A stretch of 64,000 nucleotides of DNA from Solirubrobacterales bacterium (GTDB lineage: Bacteria > Actinomycetota > Thermoleophilia > Solirubrobacterales > 70-9), in assembly GCA_009691195.1 (NCBI GenBank), contig SHVA01000008.1:1785-65784 (forward strand). Direction: 5' to 3'. Shown here one piece after another: positions 7,363-17,179 of the stretch. The notes under the pieces are model-generated. The model did not search any database and was not told the origin of the DNA. It saw only the letters and a program-made list of their open reading frames with translations. The position numbers were made by a program, and so were the translations under genes. Numbering within the stretch: the stretch's first letter is position 1; every line of letters begins with the position of its first letter.

Positions 7363-8537
7363 CGGTGATCAAGGACTCGGGCGAGCGGTCGCTGCCCACT
7401 CCCTTCACCCAGGAGCACCAGGAGCTGCGGGAGTCGATCCGCCGCTTCGTGGAGAGCGAGATCGCACCCCACGTCGACGAGTGGGAGCAGGCGCGCTGGT
7501 TCCCTGACGAGCTCTTCCTGCGCTGCGGCGAGCTCGGCTTCCTGGGCCTCAAGTACCCCGAGGAGCTGGGCGGCCAGGGGGGCGACTACCTCCACGACGC
7601 CGTCTGGGTCGAGGAGCTGGCGCGCTCGGGCGCATCGGGCGGGGTCGCCGCGGGGCTCGGCGCCCACACGGGCATCGCCACCCCGCCCGTGTTCAGGTTC
7701 GGCACCCCCGACCAGCATCAGCGCTTCATCGTCCCGGCGATCAAGGGAGAGCGGATAGGCGCCCTCGGCATCACCGAGCCGGGCGCGGGCTCGGACGTGG
7801 CCGGCATCCGCACCTTTGCCCGCAAGGTGAACGGCGGCTACGTCGTCAACGGCTCCAAGACCTTCATCACCAACGGCGTCCGAGCCGACTTCCTCGTCTG
7901 CGCCCTGAAGACCACCGAGGAGGGCGGCCACCACGGCCTCAGCTTCCTGATCCTCGAGAAGGAGATGCCCGGCTATGAGGTGACGGCCAAGCTCGAGAAG
8001 CTCGGCTGGCACTCGTCAGACACCGGCGAGCTGTCGTTCACCGACGTCGAGGTGCCCGACGAGAACCTGCTCGGCGAGGAGAACGGCGGCTTCTACCTGA
8101 TCATGGCCAACTTCCAGTGGGAGCGGCTGCTGATGGCGCTCGGGGCCGTCGGCGCGATGAAGCGCCTGCTCGAGACGGCGATCGAATACGCCGGCGAGCG
8201 CCAGGCCTTCGGGCGGCCGATCGGCCGCTTCCAGGCGATTCGCCACAAGGTCGCAGAGCTGTCGATCAAGGCCGAGGTCGGGCAGGCGATGACCTACAAC
8301 GCCCTGCGGCTCTTCTGCGAGGGCCAGGACGCCCTCAAGGAGGTGACCCAGGCCAAGCTCTTCACCCAGCGGGCCTGCGTCGAGGTCGCCGACGAGGTCG
8401 TCCAGATCCACGGCGGCTACGGCTACATGCGCGAGTACGGCGTCGAGCGCGCCCTCCGCGACGCCCGCCTGGGCCCGATCGGCGGCGGAACCGACGAGAT
8501 CATGAAGGAGATCCTCGCCAAGCAGTACGGGCTCTAG
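7359..8537 (+). CDS. acyl-CoA dehydrogenase (paralog of 3546-4754)
   Basis: MTVIKDSGERSLPTPFTQEHQELRES...ITEPGAGSDVAGIRT...QIHGGYGYMREY. GGGAGGG RBS, ATGA overlap with the upstream gene. Confidence 0.9.
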   Translation: MTVIKDSGERSLPTPFTQEHQELRESIRRFVESEIAPHVDEWEQARWFPDELFLRCGELGFLGLKYPEELGGQGGDYLHDAVWVEELARSGASGGVAAGLGAHTGIATPPVFRFGTPDQHQRFIVPAIKGERIGALGITEPGAGSDVAGIRTFARKVNGGYVVNGSKTFITNGVRADFLVCALKTTEEGGHHGLSFLILEKEMPGYEVTAKLEKLGWHSSDTGELSFTDVEVPDENLLGEENGGFYLIMANFQWERLLMALGAVGAMKRLLETAIEYAGERQAFGRPIGRFQAIRHKVAELSIKAEVGQAMTYNALRLFCEGQDALKEVTQAKLFTQRACVEVADEVVQIHGGYGYMREYGVERALRDARLGPIGGGTDEIMKEILAKQYGL

Positions 8538-8653
8538 GAACCGGTGGCCAAGGTCCGGGGGGGCGGGTGAGTAGGATCGCCGATTCAATTTCTGGTCCGG
8601 GACCGATTGCTTCCGGGTTTGCATAACGAAACGACCTCACGGGAAATGGATCC

Positions 8654-10765
8654 ATGGGACAACGACTGAGCTCACTGGCCCGGATCCCGGGTGGCCGCCG
8701 CACCAAGTTCGCCATGATCGGCGTCTGGCTGCTGATCGTGTTCGCGATCGGGCCGCTGTCGAACAAGTTCGAGGACGCCCAGAAGAACGACCCCGCCGAT
8801 TACCTCCCCGGCAACGCCGAGTCGGTCGAGGCCCTGAACAAGGTCAACGAGCTTCCCTCGGGCGAGGAGGCCGACGCGATCACCGTCTTCAATCGCGATG
8901 GTGGGCTGACCGCCGCCGACGCGGCGACCATCGCCAAGGACCGCGCGGAGATCAACGCCAACCGCCGCGAGGGCCAGCGGCCGACCAGGCCCCCCGTCGT
9001 CTCCGACGACAAGACGACGGCCCTCCTGTTCACGCCGATTCAGGTCGAGAACGGCACCAACAAGGCGGGCGAGCGGCTCGTCGACGTCACCGACGACATC
9101 AAGGACACGATCTCCGACAGCCCCGAGGGCCTCGAGGCGAGGGTGACCGGCCCCGCTGGCTTCTCGGCCGATGCGATCGCCGTCTTCAACGACATCAACG
9201 GCACGCTTCTCTACGCGACCGCGCTGCTCGTCCTGATCCTGCTGATCGTCATCTATCGCAGCCCGATCTTCTGGGTGATCCCCTTCTTCTCCGTGCTGAT
9301 CGCCGAGACGGTCACGCGCGGCCTCGGCTACCTGCTTGCGGACGCCGGGGTCACCGTCACCGGCCAGTCGGGCGGGATCCTGCCCGTGCTCGTGTTCGGG
9401 GCGGGGACCGACTACGCCCTGTTGCTCGTCTCGAGATACAGGGAGGAGCTGCGCCATCACGACGACAAGCACGAGGCGATCCTGGTCGCTCTGCGGACGG
9501 CGGGCCCGGCGATCCTCGCCTCCGGCCTGACCGTGATGGCCGCCCTGCTGACGCTGACGCTCGCCGAGGTCAACGGCACCGCCGGCCTCGGGCCGATCGG
9601 GGCCATGGGCGTCTTCATCGCGATGATCTCGATGCTGACCCTGCTGCCGGCCCTGCTGACGCTCGCGGGCAGGCGCGCGTTCTGGCCCTTCATCCCGAGG
9701 GTGGGGACGACCGGCGCCGATGAGACCCACGGGCGCTGGCGCAAGATCGCCGAGTGGGTCGGGCGAGGGCCTCGCCGTGTCTGGATCGGGACGCTCGCCC
9801 TGCTGCTCTTCTTCTGCCTGGGGCTGACCCAGGTCAACACCGACCTCACCAGCGGCAACAGCTTCCGCGGCGACGTCGAGTCGGTCGAGGGCCAGAAGCT
9901 CGTCAATGAGGGCTTCCCGGCCGGGGCCAACGCTCCCACCAACGTCTTCGTCACCGACCCGGCGAAGGTGCCCGCGGTCAGAAGGGCGCTCCAGGGAGCG
10001 CCGGGCGTGGCCGAGGTCGGCGCCATGGAGCGCGGGGAGTCCGGCGTCAACATCCAGGTGACACTCGACCAGGATCCCTACAGCACGGCCGCCTTCGACC
10101 TGATTCCCGGGATTCGTGACCGGGTACACGCGGTCGCCGGCGACGACGTGCTCGTAGGCGGCCCAACCGCCGAGGAACGAGACCTCAGGGTCTCCAGCAC
10201 CCGCGACAACCGGCTGATCGTCCCGATCGCGCTGATCGTCGTCTTCTTCATCCTCGCCGCCCTGCTGAGGGCGGTGGTCGCGCCGCTGGTCCTGATCGGG
10301 ACCGTGATCGTCTCCTTCGCGGCGGCTCTGGGAATCGGAGCCTTCTTCTTCGAGCACGTCTTCGACTTCGCGGGCATGGACCCGTCGCTGCCGTTGTTCG
10401 CCTTCATCTTCCTGGTCGCGCTGGGCATCGACTACAACATCTTCCTGATGGCGCGCGTCCGGGAGGAGACGCTGAAGGAGGGGACGCGGCTCGGCATGAT
10501 CCGCGGGCTGGCCGTCACCGGAGGAGTGATCACCTCGGCCGGCCTGGTCCTGGCGGGGACCTTCTCGGCGCTGGCGGTGCTGCCGCTGGTCGGCCTCACC
10601 GAGATCGGCTTCACGGTCGCGATCGGCGTCCTGATCGACACCTTCATCGTGCGCTCGCTGCTGGTGCCGGCCCTGGTGCTCGAGATCGGCGACCGGGTCT
10701 GGTGGCCCTCCGCGCTGGCAAGGACCGCCGGCGATGACGGGCAGCAGCCCGCCGCCGGGGACTGA
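8654..10765 (+). CDS. MMPL family membrane transporter
   Basis: 703 aa with GAGTDYALLLVSRYREEL and ALGIDYNIFLMARVREE motifs and 12 predicted TM segments. Confidence 0.88.
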   Translation: MGQRLSSLARIPGGRRTKFAMIGVWLLIVFAIGPLSNKFEDAQKNDPADYLPGNAESVEALNKVNELPSGEEADAITVFNRDGGLTAADAATIAKDRAEINANRREGQRPTRPPVVSDDKTTALLFTPIQVENGTNKAGERLVDVTDDIKDTISDSPEGLEARVTGPAGFSADAIAVFNDINGTLLYATALLVLILLIVIYRSPIFWVIPFFSVLIAETVTRGLGYLLADAGVTVTGQSGGILPVLVFGAGTDYALLLVSRYREELRHHDDKHEAILVALRTAGPAILASGLTVMAALLTLTLAEVNGTAGLGPIGAMGVFIAMISMLTLLPALLTLAGRRAFWPFIPRVGTTGADETHGRWRKIAEWVGRGPRRVWIGTLALLLFFCLGLTQVNTDLTSGNSFRGDVESVEGQKLVNEGFPAGANAPTNVFVTDPAKVPAVRRALQGAPGVAEVGAMERGESGVNIQVTLDQDPYSTAAFDLIPGIRDRVHAVAGDDVLVGGPTAEERDLRVSSTRDNRLIVPIALIVVFFILAALLRAVVAPLVLIGTVIVSFAAALGIGAFFFEHVFDFAGMDPSLPLFAFIFLVALGIDYNIFLMARVREETLKEGTRLGMIRGLAVTGGVITSAGLVLAGTFSALAVLPLVGLTEIGFTVAIGVLIDTFIVRSLLVPALVLEIGDRVWWPSALARTAGDDGQQPAAGD

Positions 10766-10788
10766 GCTGAGTAGGCGACAATCCTGCC

Positions 10789-12465
10789 GTGAGTAGACGC
10801 ACGGCACGCATAGCGCTGGCGCTTGCGGCGGGGATCGCCCTCGCCGACGCGTCGATCGTCACGCTGGGGCTCCCCTCGATCCTGCTCGAGCTGGGCTCGA
10901 GCGTCGAGGTGGTGGCACTCGTCCTGATCGTCTACACCGGCGTGCTCGCCGTGGCACTCCCGGCCGCGGCCTGGCTTGCGGGGCGAACGGGGCCGGCGCG
11001 CCTGGGCGTCTGGGGGATCGCCGTCTTCGCGGCGTCCTCGCTCGCATGCGGCCTGGTGAGCTCGATCGAGCCGCTGCTGATGCTGCGTGCGGTCCAGGGC
11101 GTCGGCGGCGCCGCGGCGCTGGTGGCGTCCTTCTCACTGCTCGACGGGGGCGAGCCGGGGCCGGGGCGGCGGCTCTGGGTCGCCGCCGCCGTGTTCGGCT
11201 CTGCTGCCGGCCCGGCGCTGGGCGGCGCGCTGACCGAGGCCTTCGACTGGCGCGCGATCTTCCTGGCGCAGGCGCCGATCGCCCTCCCGGCCGGCTTCGT
11301 CTGCCTCGCCGCGGCTCGCGGCGAACGCGCCCGGCCGCGCCCGGCCGCGCCCCGCGAGCCGGCGGCCCGCTGGCCCGCGTCGCTGATCGCGGCGCTGGCG
11401 ATGCTCTCCGCGTCACTGACCGCCGTCGTCTTCCTCGTCGTCCTGCTGCTGGTCGCCGGCTGGAGCGTGGACCCGTTGGCGGCGGCGCTCGCGGTCACGG
11501 TGCTGCCGGTCGCTGCGGCCTTCAGCTCGCGAGTGAGCGGCCCGGCCTCGACCAGGGCAGTCGTGGGCTGCCTGCTGGTCGCCGGGGGCGTCACCTCGCT
11601 CGCCTTCCTGCCCACGGCCTCGCCCTGGTGGACCGTGCTTCCCCAGCTCCTCGCCGGCGCTGGGGTGGGCCTCGCCCTCCCCACCCTCGCCGGCGAATTG
11701 CTCCCCGAGCGCAACGCGCGCCAGGCGGCCGGCCTGCTGTCGGTCCGCCACGCCGGGATCGCCCTGGCGCTGGTCGTGCTGGCGCCGGTGGTCTCCTCGC
11801 ACCTCGACTCCGCCATCGCCGATGCGCGCGAGCAGGGCACGGCGGTGCTGCTCGATGCCCGCCTGCCCCCCGACCGCAAGATCGACCTCGCGCCCCAGCT
11901 GTTCGCCGACGTCCAGACCGACGATCCGCGGGGCGAGCTTCAGCGCTCGCTGCAGGAGGCGCGCGCCGACGCGGACCCCGACGACGCCGCAGAGCTCGGG
12001 CGGATCTCGGATCGCCTCGATGACGTGGTCGTCGGTGGGGTCCAGTCGGCCTTCAGGATCGCCTTCATCGTCACCGGGAGCCTTGCCCTGCTGGCGGCGA
12101 TCCTTCTGGTCGTCGCGATGCCGGCGGTGAGGCTCCGAGGGGGCACGGCGATCGCCGGGGCCGCCGCCGCGGCACTCGCCCTTACGTTCCTCTACTTCGC
12201 GATCGACGCGAACGGCGGCACCGAGGAGGTTCCCATCGCCGACCCCTGCCGGCAGCGCGGCCTGCCCGAGACCGGCGGCATCGGAGGGATCCTCCAGGAC
12301 GTCTCGCTGTCGTCGCTCGATCGCGCCGCCTGCGAGTTCGGCTCGAGTCGCGAGGAGCTGCTGCTCGCCCTTTTTGATGACGACCTCGCCAAGGAGTACG
12401 AGCAGGAGCACGGCCACGACCCGCAGTCGATCACCGACCTCGGGCCGGCGCTGTTCGGCCTCTGA
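10789..12465 (+). CDS. MFS-like membrane protein with atypical C-terminal half
   Basis: GTG start 23 nt after the MMPL stop. The N-terminal 330 aa are Ala/Leu-rich TM helices with an MFS-like pattern (LMLRAVQGVGGAA). This is followed by a charged soluble insert, two more TM helices and an acidic tail. Confidence 0.55.
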   Translation: MSRRTARIALALAAGIALADASIVTLGLPSILLELGSSVEVVALVLIVYTGVLAVALPAAAWLAGRTGPARLGVWGIAVFAASSLACGLVSSIEPLLMLRAVQGVGGAAALVASFSLLDGGEPGPGRRLWVAAAVFGSAAGPALGGALTEAFDWRAIFLAQAPIALPAGFVCLAAARGERARPRPAAPREPAARWPASLIAALAMLSASLTAVVFLVVLLLVAGWSVDPLAAALAVTVLPVAAAFSSRVSGPASTRAVVGCLLVAGGVTSLAFLPTASPWWTVLPQLLAGAGVGLALPTLAGELLPERNARQAAGLLSVRHAGIALALVVLAPVVSSHLDSAIADAREQGTAVLLDARLPPDRKIDLAPQLFADVQTDDPRGELQRSLQEARADADPDDAAELGRISDRLDDVVVGGVQSAFRIAFIVTGSLALLAAILLVVAMPAVRLRGGTAIAGAAAAALALTFLYFAIDANGGTEEVPIADPCRQRGLPETGGIGGILQDVSLSSLDRAACEFGSSREELLLALFDDDLAKEYEQEHGHDPQSITDLGPALFGL

Positions 12466-12543
12466 GCATCCGGACTGGCCACGCGGCCAGCAAACCCGCA
12501 AGAATCCCGCCCCGAACTTCCACCCCACGGACAAGGAGCGATT

Positions 12544-13380
12544 TTGGGACTGCTCGACGGAAAAAGCGCCATCGTCACCGGCTCGGCTCGCGGCATCGGC
12601 CGCGCCACGGCCGAGCTCTTCTGCAGCCAGGGCGCGAAGGTGCTGATCAACGACCTCGATGGCGACATCGCCGAGCAGGCGGCGGGCGAGATCGACGGCG
12701 AGACGGCCGTCTTCGCCGGCGACCTGACGAAGCCGGGCGCCGCCGACGAGCTCGTCAAGGCGGCCAACGACGCATTCGGTGAGGTCGACATCGTCGTCAA
12801 CAACGCCGGCTACACCTGGGACGGCGTCGTCCACAAGATGAGTGACGAGCAGTTCCAGGCGATGCTCGACATCCACACGGTGGTGCCCTTCCGCGTGATC
12901 CGCGCCCTGGCGCCCGCCTGGCGCGAGGCCGGCAAGGCCGAGAAGGCGGAGGGCAAGGAGCGCTTCCGCAAGATCGTCAACATCAGCTCGGTCTCGGGCA
13001 CGATGGGCAACGCCGGCCAGTCCAACTATTCGGCCGCCAAGGCGGGGGTCACGGGCCTGACCAAGACGGTCGCCAAGGAATGGGGCGGCTTCAAGATCAA
13101 CTGCAACGCGATCGCCTTCGGCTTCGTCGAGACGCGCCTGACCCAGGCCAAGGAAAAGGGCGAGAAGATGCAGGCCGCGGGTGACAGCGGCGAGCAGGTC
13201 GAGCTCGGCATCCCCGAGCAGATGCGGACGATGGCCTCGATGATGATCCCGCTCGGCCGTCCCGCATCGCCGGAGGAGGCAGCGGGCCCGGTGCTGCTGC
13301 TCTGCTCGGACTACGCGAACTACATCCACGGCCAGGTCATCAACGTCACCGGTGGCCAGTTCACCGGGATGTACTCCTAG
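12544..13380 (+). CDS. SDR family oxidoreductase (FabG-like)
   Basis: TTG start after AAGGAG. TGSARGIGRA, NNAG and YSAAK motifs. Confidence 0.85.
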   Translation: MGLLDGKSAIVTGSARGIGRATAELFCSQGAKVLINDLDGDIAEQAAGEIDGETAVFAGDLTKPGAADELVKAANDAFGEVDIVVNNAGYTWDGVVHKMSDEQFQAMLDIHTVVPFRVIRALAPAWREAGKAEKAEGKERFRKIVNISSVSGTMGNAGQSNYSAAKAGVTGLTKTVAKEWGGFKINCNAIAFGFVETRLTQAKEKGEKMQAAGDSGEQVELGIPEQMRTMASMMIPLGRPASPEEAAGPVLLLCSDYANYIHGQVINVTGGQFTGMYS

Positions 13381-13388
13381 GAGTTGCG

Positions 13389-13652
13389 ATGCCGGTGAAG
13401 CTCCACAGGTGCGGCGTCATGTGGGTGAAGATCGACGCCCACCCCTGCTGGGCGGTGCAGAAGGCGCTCGATGAGAAGGGGATCGACTACGAGATCGTCA
13501 AGGAGGCGACGTTCCCGCGATCCAAGCGGACCGAGGTGACCGAGAAGACCGGGCAGAGCCTGCTGCCGGTGCTCGAGCTGGATGACGGCCGCTGGATCCG
13601 CGAGGACGGCAAGACCCTGGCCGCCAAGATCCGCTCCGGCGAGCTGCCCTGA
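13389..13652 (+). CDS. glutaredoxin-like / GST N-terminal (thioredoxin-fold) small protein
   Basis: 87 aa: KLHRCGVMWVKIDAHPCWAVQKALDEKGIDYEIV...LLPVLELDDGRWI. Thioredoxin-fold pattern with a single Cys. Confidence 0.55.
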   Translation: MPVKLHRCGVMWVKIDAHPCWAVQKALDEKGIDYEIVKEATFPRSKRTEVTEKTGQSLLPVLELDDGRWIREDGKTLAAKIRSGELP

Positions 13653-14350
13653 AGCGGGCGGCCGCCGCTCTCGCGGCCCTGGCCCTCGCCGCGGCGGCGG
13701 GTTGCGGCTCCGACGACGCGGCCGGCCCCTCGGGCGATACTGGGATGGAAGTGAGCGGCGGCCAGGCGATCAGGGTGGCGGCGCTCGGCGACTCGATCAC
13801 GGCCGGCTCGCCGGCCTGGGACCCGGACCCCGGCATCCGCGCACGCCTCGGTGGAGGCGATGAGCGCAGCCAGTACGAGCACTGGGCGACGCTGAAGGAC
13901 CCCCGCCTGCAGTTCAACAACTGCGGCGTCTTCGGCCAGCGCACCGATGAGATCGCCGGGCGCCTGCGGGTCTGCGCCAAGGGCGCCGACGCGGTCGTGA
14001 TCCAGGGCGGCATCAACGACATCGCCCAGGGGCTGCCGGTCGAGGCCGCGGCCGAGAACCTCCGGATCACGGTCAAGGAGGCCGAGCGGATGGGCCTCGC
14101 GGTCGCGATCACCGACGTGCTGCCCTGGAACAACGGCCACCCGGCGGCCGACCCGCAGATCGAGAAGCTCAACCGCCTGATCGCCGGGATCGCGCGGGAC
14201 TACGAGGTGCCGCTGCTGCCCTTCCACGACACCCTCGAGGACCCCGACCGGCCCGGGACGATGCGCGAGGAATGGACCGCCGACGGCGACCACCCCTCGG
14301 TCGAGGGCTACCGCCGCCTCGGCGAGATCGCCTTTCAGCTCCCGGGCTGA
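13649..14350 (+). CDS. SGNH/GDSL hydrolase, probable lipoprotein (canonical ATG only at 13745; signal peptide would need CTG 13649)
   Basis: IRVAALGDSITAG block I and DGDHPS block V. The same frame upstream encodes LKRAAAALAALALAAAAGC, a lipobox signal, with no ATG/GTG/TTG back to the stop at 13583. Confidence 0.7.
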   Translation: MKRAAAALAALALAAAAGCGSDDAAGPSGDTGMEVSGGQAIRVAALGDSITAGSPAWDPDPGIRARLGGGDERSQYEHWATLKDPRLQFNNCGVFGQRTDEIAGRLRVCAKGADAVVIQGGINDIAQGLPVEAAAENLRITVKEAERMGLAVAITDVLPWNNGHPAADPQIEKLNRLIAGIARDYEVPLLPFHDTLEDPDRPGTMREEWTADGDHPSVEGYRRLGEIAFQLPG

Positions 14351-15327
14351 GCCGCGAGGCGCTCGGCGGCGCGCTCGATCTGCCCGAGGGAGGAGGCCTC
14401 GGTGACCCCGGCGAGGCCCAGCCCGGCGAGGTCGCCATCGCTGAGATCGGCCGCGCCGACGATCGCGTGACAGGGCGTGCCCGCCCCGCGGCAGCGGGCG
14501 GCGACCTCGGAGACGACCTTGCCCTCGAGCGTCCCGGCGTCGAGCCGTCCCTCGCCGGTGACGACCGGCGAGGCGCTCGCCAGACGGCTGTCGAAGCCGA
14601 GCGCATCGAAGACGAAGGGTGCGCCCGCGACCAGGGAGGCGCCGAGGTGCGCCCAGAGGCCGCCCGCGAGGCCTCCGGCGGCGCCGGTCAGCGGCCTGCC
14701 GCGCGGATCGCGCGGAGCGGCGGCCGCCAGCTCCGAGAGGCGGTCCTCGAGCCGCTTCACCGTCCCCTCGTCCGCCCCCTTCTGCGGACCGAATGCCTGC
14801 GCCGCCCGCTCGAAGGGGACCCGCACGTCGCAGAGGACCTTCAGCCTCGGCTTGGCCGCGGCCGCCGCCAACGCCGACAGCGCGCCGGCGCCGCCGTCGG
14901 TGGTCGCGGAGCCGCCCGCCGCGACCAGCACCTCGCTCGCCCCGGCCTCGGCGGCGAGGGCGATCAGCTCGCCGGTGCCGCGGGTGGACGCCAGCCAGGC
15001 ATCGCGCTCGGGCTCGGGCACGAGCGGGAGGCCGCTCGCCGCGGCGACCTCGACCACGGCGCGACCGTCGGGGAGCATCGTGAAGCCCGCCTCCACCTGC
15101 CGGCCGAGCGGATCGTGAACGCTCGCGCTGCGAAGCTCGCCTCCGAGTGCCTGTGACAGGACCTCGGCGGTTCCCTCGCCCCCGTCGGCCAGCGGCAGCT
15201 CATCGCACCTGACGCCGGCGCGCTCGAGCCCCCGCGCGATCGCGCCCGCCGCCTCGGCGGCCGTGTGCGTCCCCTTGAAGGAGTCCGGCGCCGCGAGGGC
15301 CGCCGCGCCCGCCGTTGTGGCTCTCAC
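14335..15327 (-). CDS. glycerate kinase
   Basis: AAPDSFKGTHTAAEAA...LPLADGGEGT...AAGGSATTDGGAGAL. GTG 15327 was chosen because the longer ORF would overlap the upstream SDR gene. Confidence 0.8.
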   Translation of the reverse strand: MRATTAGAAALAAPDSFKGTHTAAEAAGAIARGLERAGVRCDELPLADGGEGTAEVLSQALGGELRSASVHDPLGRQVEAGFTMLPDGRAVVEVAAASGLPLVPEPERDAWLASTRGTGELIALAAEAGASEVLVAAGGSATTDGGAGALSALAAAAAKPRLKVLCDVRVPFERAAQAFGPQKGADEGTVKRLEDRLSELAAAAPRDPRGRPLTGAAGGLAGGLWAHLGASLVAGAPFVFDALGFDSRLASASPVVTGEGRLDAGTLEGKVVSEVAARCRGAGTPCHAIVGAADLSDGDLAGLGLAGVTEASSLGQIERAAERLAAQPGS

Positions 15328-15349
15328 GGGAGAGCGGGCAGGACGCCGC

Positions 15350-16201
15350 CTAGCCCTTCCGCTCCTCGGCCAGCGGCTCGCCGCCCTCGTCTGAGGCGCC
15401 ACGCGGCGGCCATGAGCCGAACCAGTTGTCACGGGCGCCGTCCATCGTGATCACGCAGCCGCTGTAGAAGTCGCCCGCCGGGGAGGCCAGGTAGGCCATC
15501 AGCCAGGCCATCTCCTCCTCGGTCCCCATCCGCCCCAGCGGGATCGTCCCGGCGACGTTGTCGACCACCTCCTGAGGGTACTTGGTCCGCAGCGTCTCCG
15601 TGTCGAACTGGCCCGGCGCAACCGCCACCAGCCGGATCCCGAACCGCGACCACTCGATCGAGAGGGTGCGCATCATGTTCTCGACGGCGGCGCGGGCGGC
15701 GCCCGAGTGGACCATGCCCGGCATCCCGTTGTGCGGGGAGAGGGTCACGCTGATCACCTTTCCGCTCTCCTGGGGGATGAAGGCCTTGGTGGCCGCGGCG
15801 TGGGTCATCAGCCAGGTGCCCATGACATTGAGCTCGATCACGGTGCGAAAGCCCTTCGGGGAGATCGCCTCCGCGGGGCTGAGGAACTGTCCTCCGGCGT
15901 TGTTGACGAGCAGGTCCAGCTTGCCGTGACGCTCGATCACCCCGTCCATCAGCGTCTCGACTGCCTCCTCGTCGCGGATGTCGGCGGCGAACGTCTCGGC
16001 CTTGCCGCCGGCCTCGGAGACCGCCGCGACCATCTCCTCGAGCGGCTCGGGCCGCCGGCCGCAGCCGACCACGACCGCCCCCAGGGAGGCCAGCTCCAGC
16101 GCGGTCGCCAGCCCGAGGCCCGTTCCGGCGCCCGAGACCAGGCAGACCTGGCCCTCGAGCAGGTCGGGCGCGAAGATCTTGGAGGGGCTGCGGTCGGCCA
16201 T
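15350..16201 (-). CDS. SDR family oxidoreductase (enoyl/dienoyl-CoA reductase-like)
   Basis: MADRSPSKIFAPDLLEGQVCLVSGAGTGLGLA...NNAGGQF. ATG 16201 lies inside the longer ORF 15350-16693. Confidence 0.8.
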   Translation of the reverse strand: MADRSPSKIFAPDLLEGQVCLVSGAGTGLGLATALELASLGAVVVGCGRRPEPLEEMVAAVSEAGGKAETFAADIRDEEAVETLMDGVIERHGKLDLLVNNAGGQFLSPAEAISPKGFRTVIELNVMGTWLMTHAAATKAFIPQESGKVISVTLSPHNGMPGMVHSGAARAAVENMMRTLSIEWSRFGIRLVAVAPGQFDTETLRTKYPQEVVDNVAGTIPLGRMGTEEEMAWLMAYLASPAGDFYSGCVITMDGARDNWFGSWPPRGASDEGGEPLAEERKG

Positions 16202-16267
16202 CGCCGTGGCCAGGATATTCGCGATCGCGAGGGCACCCGGTCCGCCCCCGGGTCTACCCTCCCCGCA

Positions 16268-17179
16268 ATGAGCGTGAAGGCGATCGCCACACCTCTCGCT
16301 GGCGCGCTCCCCGGCGGCAGCGAGGGAGCCACCGTGGTGGTCGAGCCGATGATCGCCGGCACCGTGACCCAGCCGCGAGCGTGGTTCGAACGCGACGAGG
16401 GCAGGCTGTGGCGGCTTCGCGCGCGTGGCTTCCGCGTGGCCGAGGAGGACCATTGGACCGTCCCCGTCCCCGCCTACCTGGTCCGCCATCCGACCGCCGG
16501 CAACGTGCTCGTGGACGTCGGGCTCCACCCGTCGATCCGCTCCGACCCCCGCCTGAACGCCGGGCGCATCATCGCCCGCTTCACCCGCCCCTCGCTCGAG
16601 TCGGGAATGGACGTCCCCTCGCAGCTGCGGGCCAAGGGCGTCGAGCCGGGTGAGATCTCGGTGGTGGTGATGACCCACCTGCACTTCGACCACGCCTCGG
16701 CCATCTCGGAGTTCCCGGACGCCACGTTCGTGATCAGCGCCGCCGAGTGGGAGGCGGCGACCACACTGCGGCGACCGACGTCACACGGCTACCGCCGCCG
16801 CCACTACGACCACCTCTTCGACTACCGCACCGTGGATTTCGAGGGTGACGCCGTCGGCTCCTACGGGTCCTTCGGCCGGACCTTCGACCTGTTCGGTGAC
16901 GGCAGCGTCAGGCTCGCCTTCACGCCCGGACACTCGACCGGCCACCAGTCGGTGATCCTGCGCCTCCCCCGCCGGGACTTCGTCGTCGCGGGCGACGTCG
17001 CCTACACCTGGGGCCAGCTCGAGGGCGGTCCCGAGCAACCCCTTTCCCAGGACCTCCACAACTGGCGGCGCTCACTGCATGAGCTTCAGCACTACCACCG
17101 CGACTACCCCTACGCGGTCATCGTCCCGGGCCACGACGCCGAGTTCCACGCCAAGCTCGAGCCCCGCTACGCGGAGTAG
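16268..17179 (+). CDS. MBL-fold metallo-hydrolase (lactonase-like)
   Basis: MSVKAIATPL...VVVMTHLHFDHASA...TPGHSTGH. ATG 16268 lies inside ORF 15707-17179. Confidence 0.8.
   Translation: MSVKAIATPLAGALPGGSEGATVVVEPMIAGTVTQPRAWFERDEGRLWRLRARGFRVAEEDHWTVPVPAYLVRHPTAGNVLVDVGLHPSIRSDPRLNAGRIIARFTRPSLESGMDVPSQLRAKGVEPGEISVVVMTHLHFDHASAISEFPDATFVISAAEWEAATTLRRPTSHGYRRRHYDHLFDYRTVDFEGDAVGSYGSFGRTFDLFGDGSVRLAFTPGHSTGHQSVILRLPRRDFVVAGDVAYTWGQLEGGPEQPLSQDLHNWRRSLHELQHYHRDYPYAVIVPGHDAEFHAKLEPRYAE

Noticed and set aside
8672-10807. 711-aa ORF antisense to the MMPL gene 8654-10765
   Set aside because: The product is extremely rich in Arg, Gly, Asp, His and Pro, has no domain pattern, and mirrors the frame of a well-supported gene. 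This is the usual shadow-ORF artefact of GC-rich DNA.
12475-12490. Hairpin CTGGCC-ACGC-GGCCAG after the MFS-like gene as a terminator
   Set aside because: The stem is only 6 bp and no U-tract follows. It is too weak to call.
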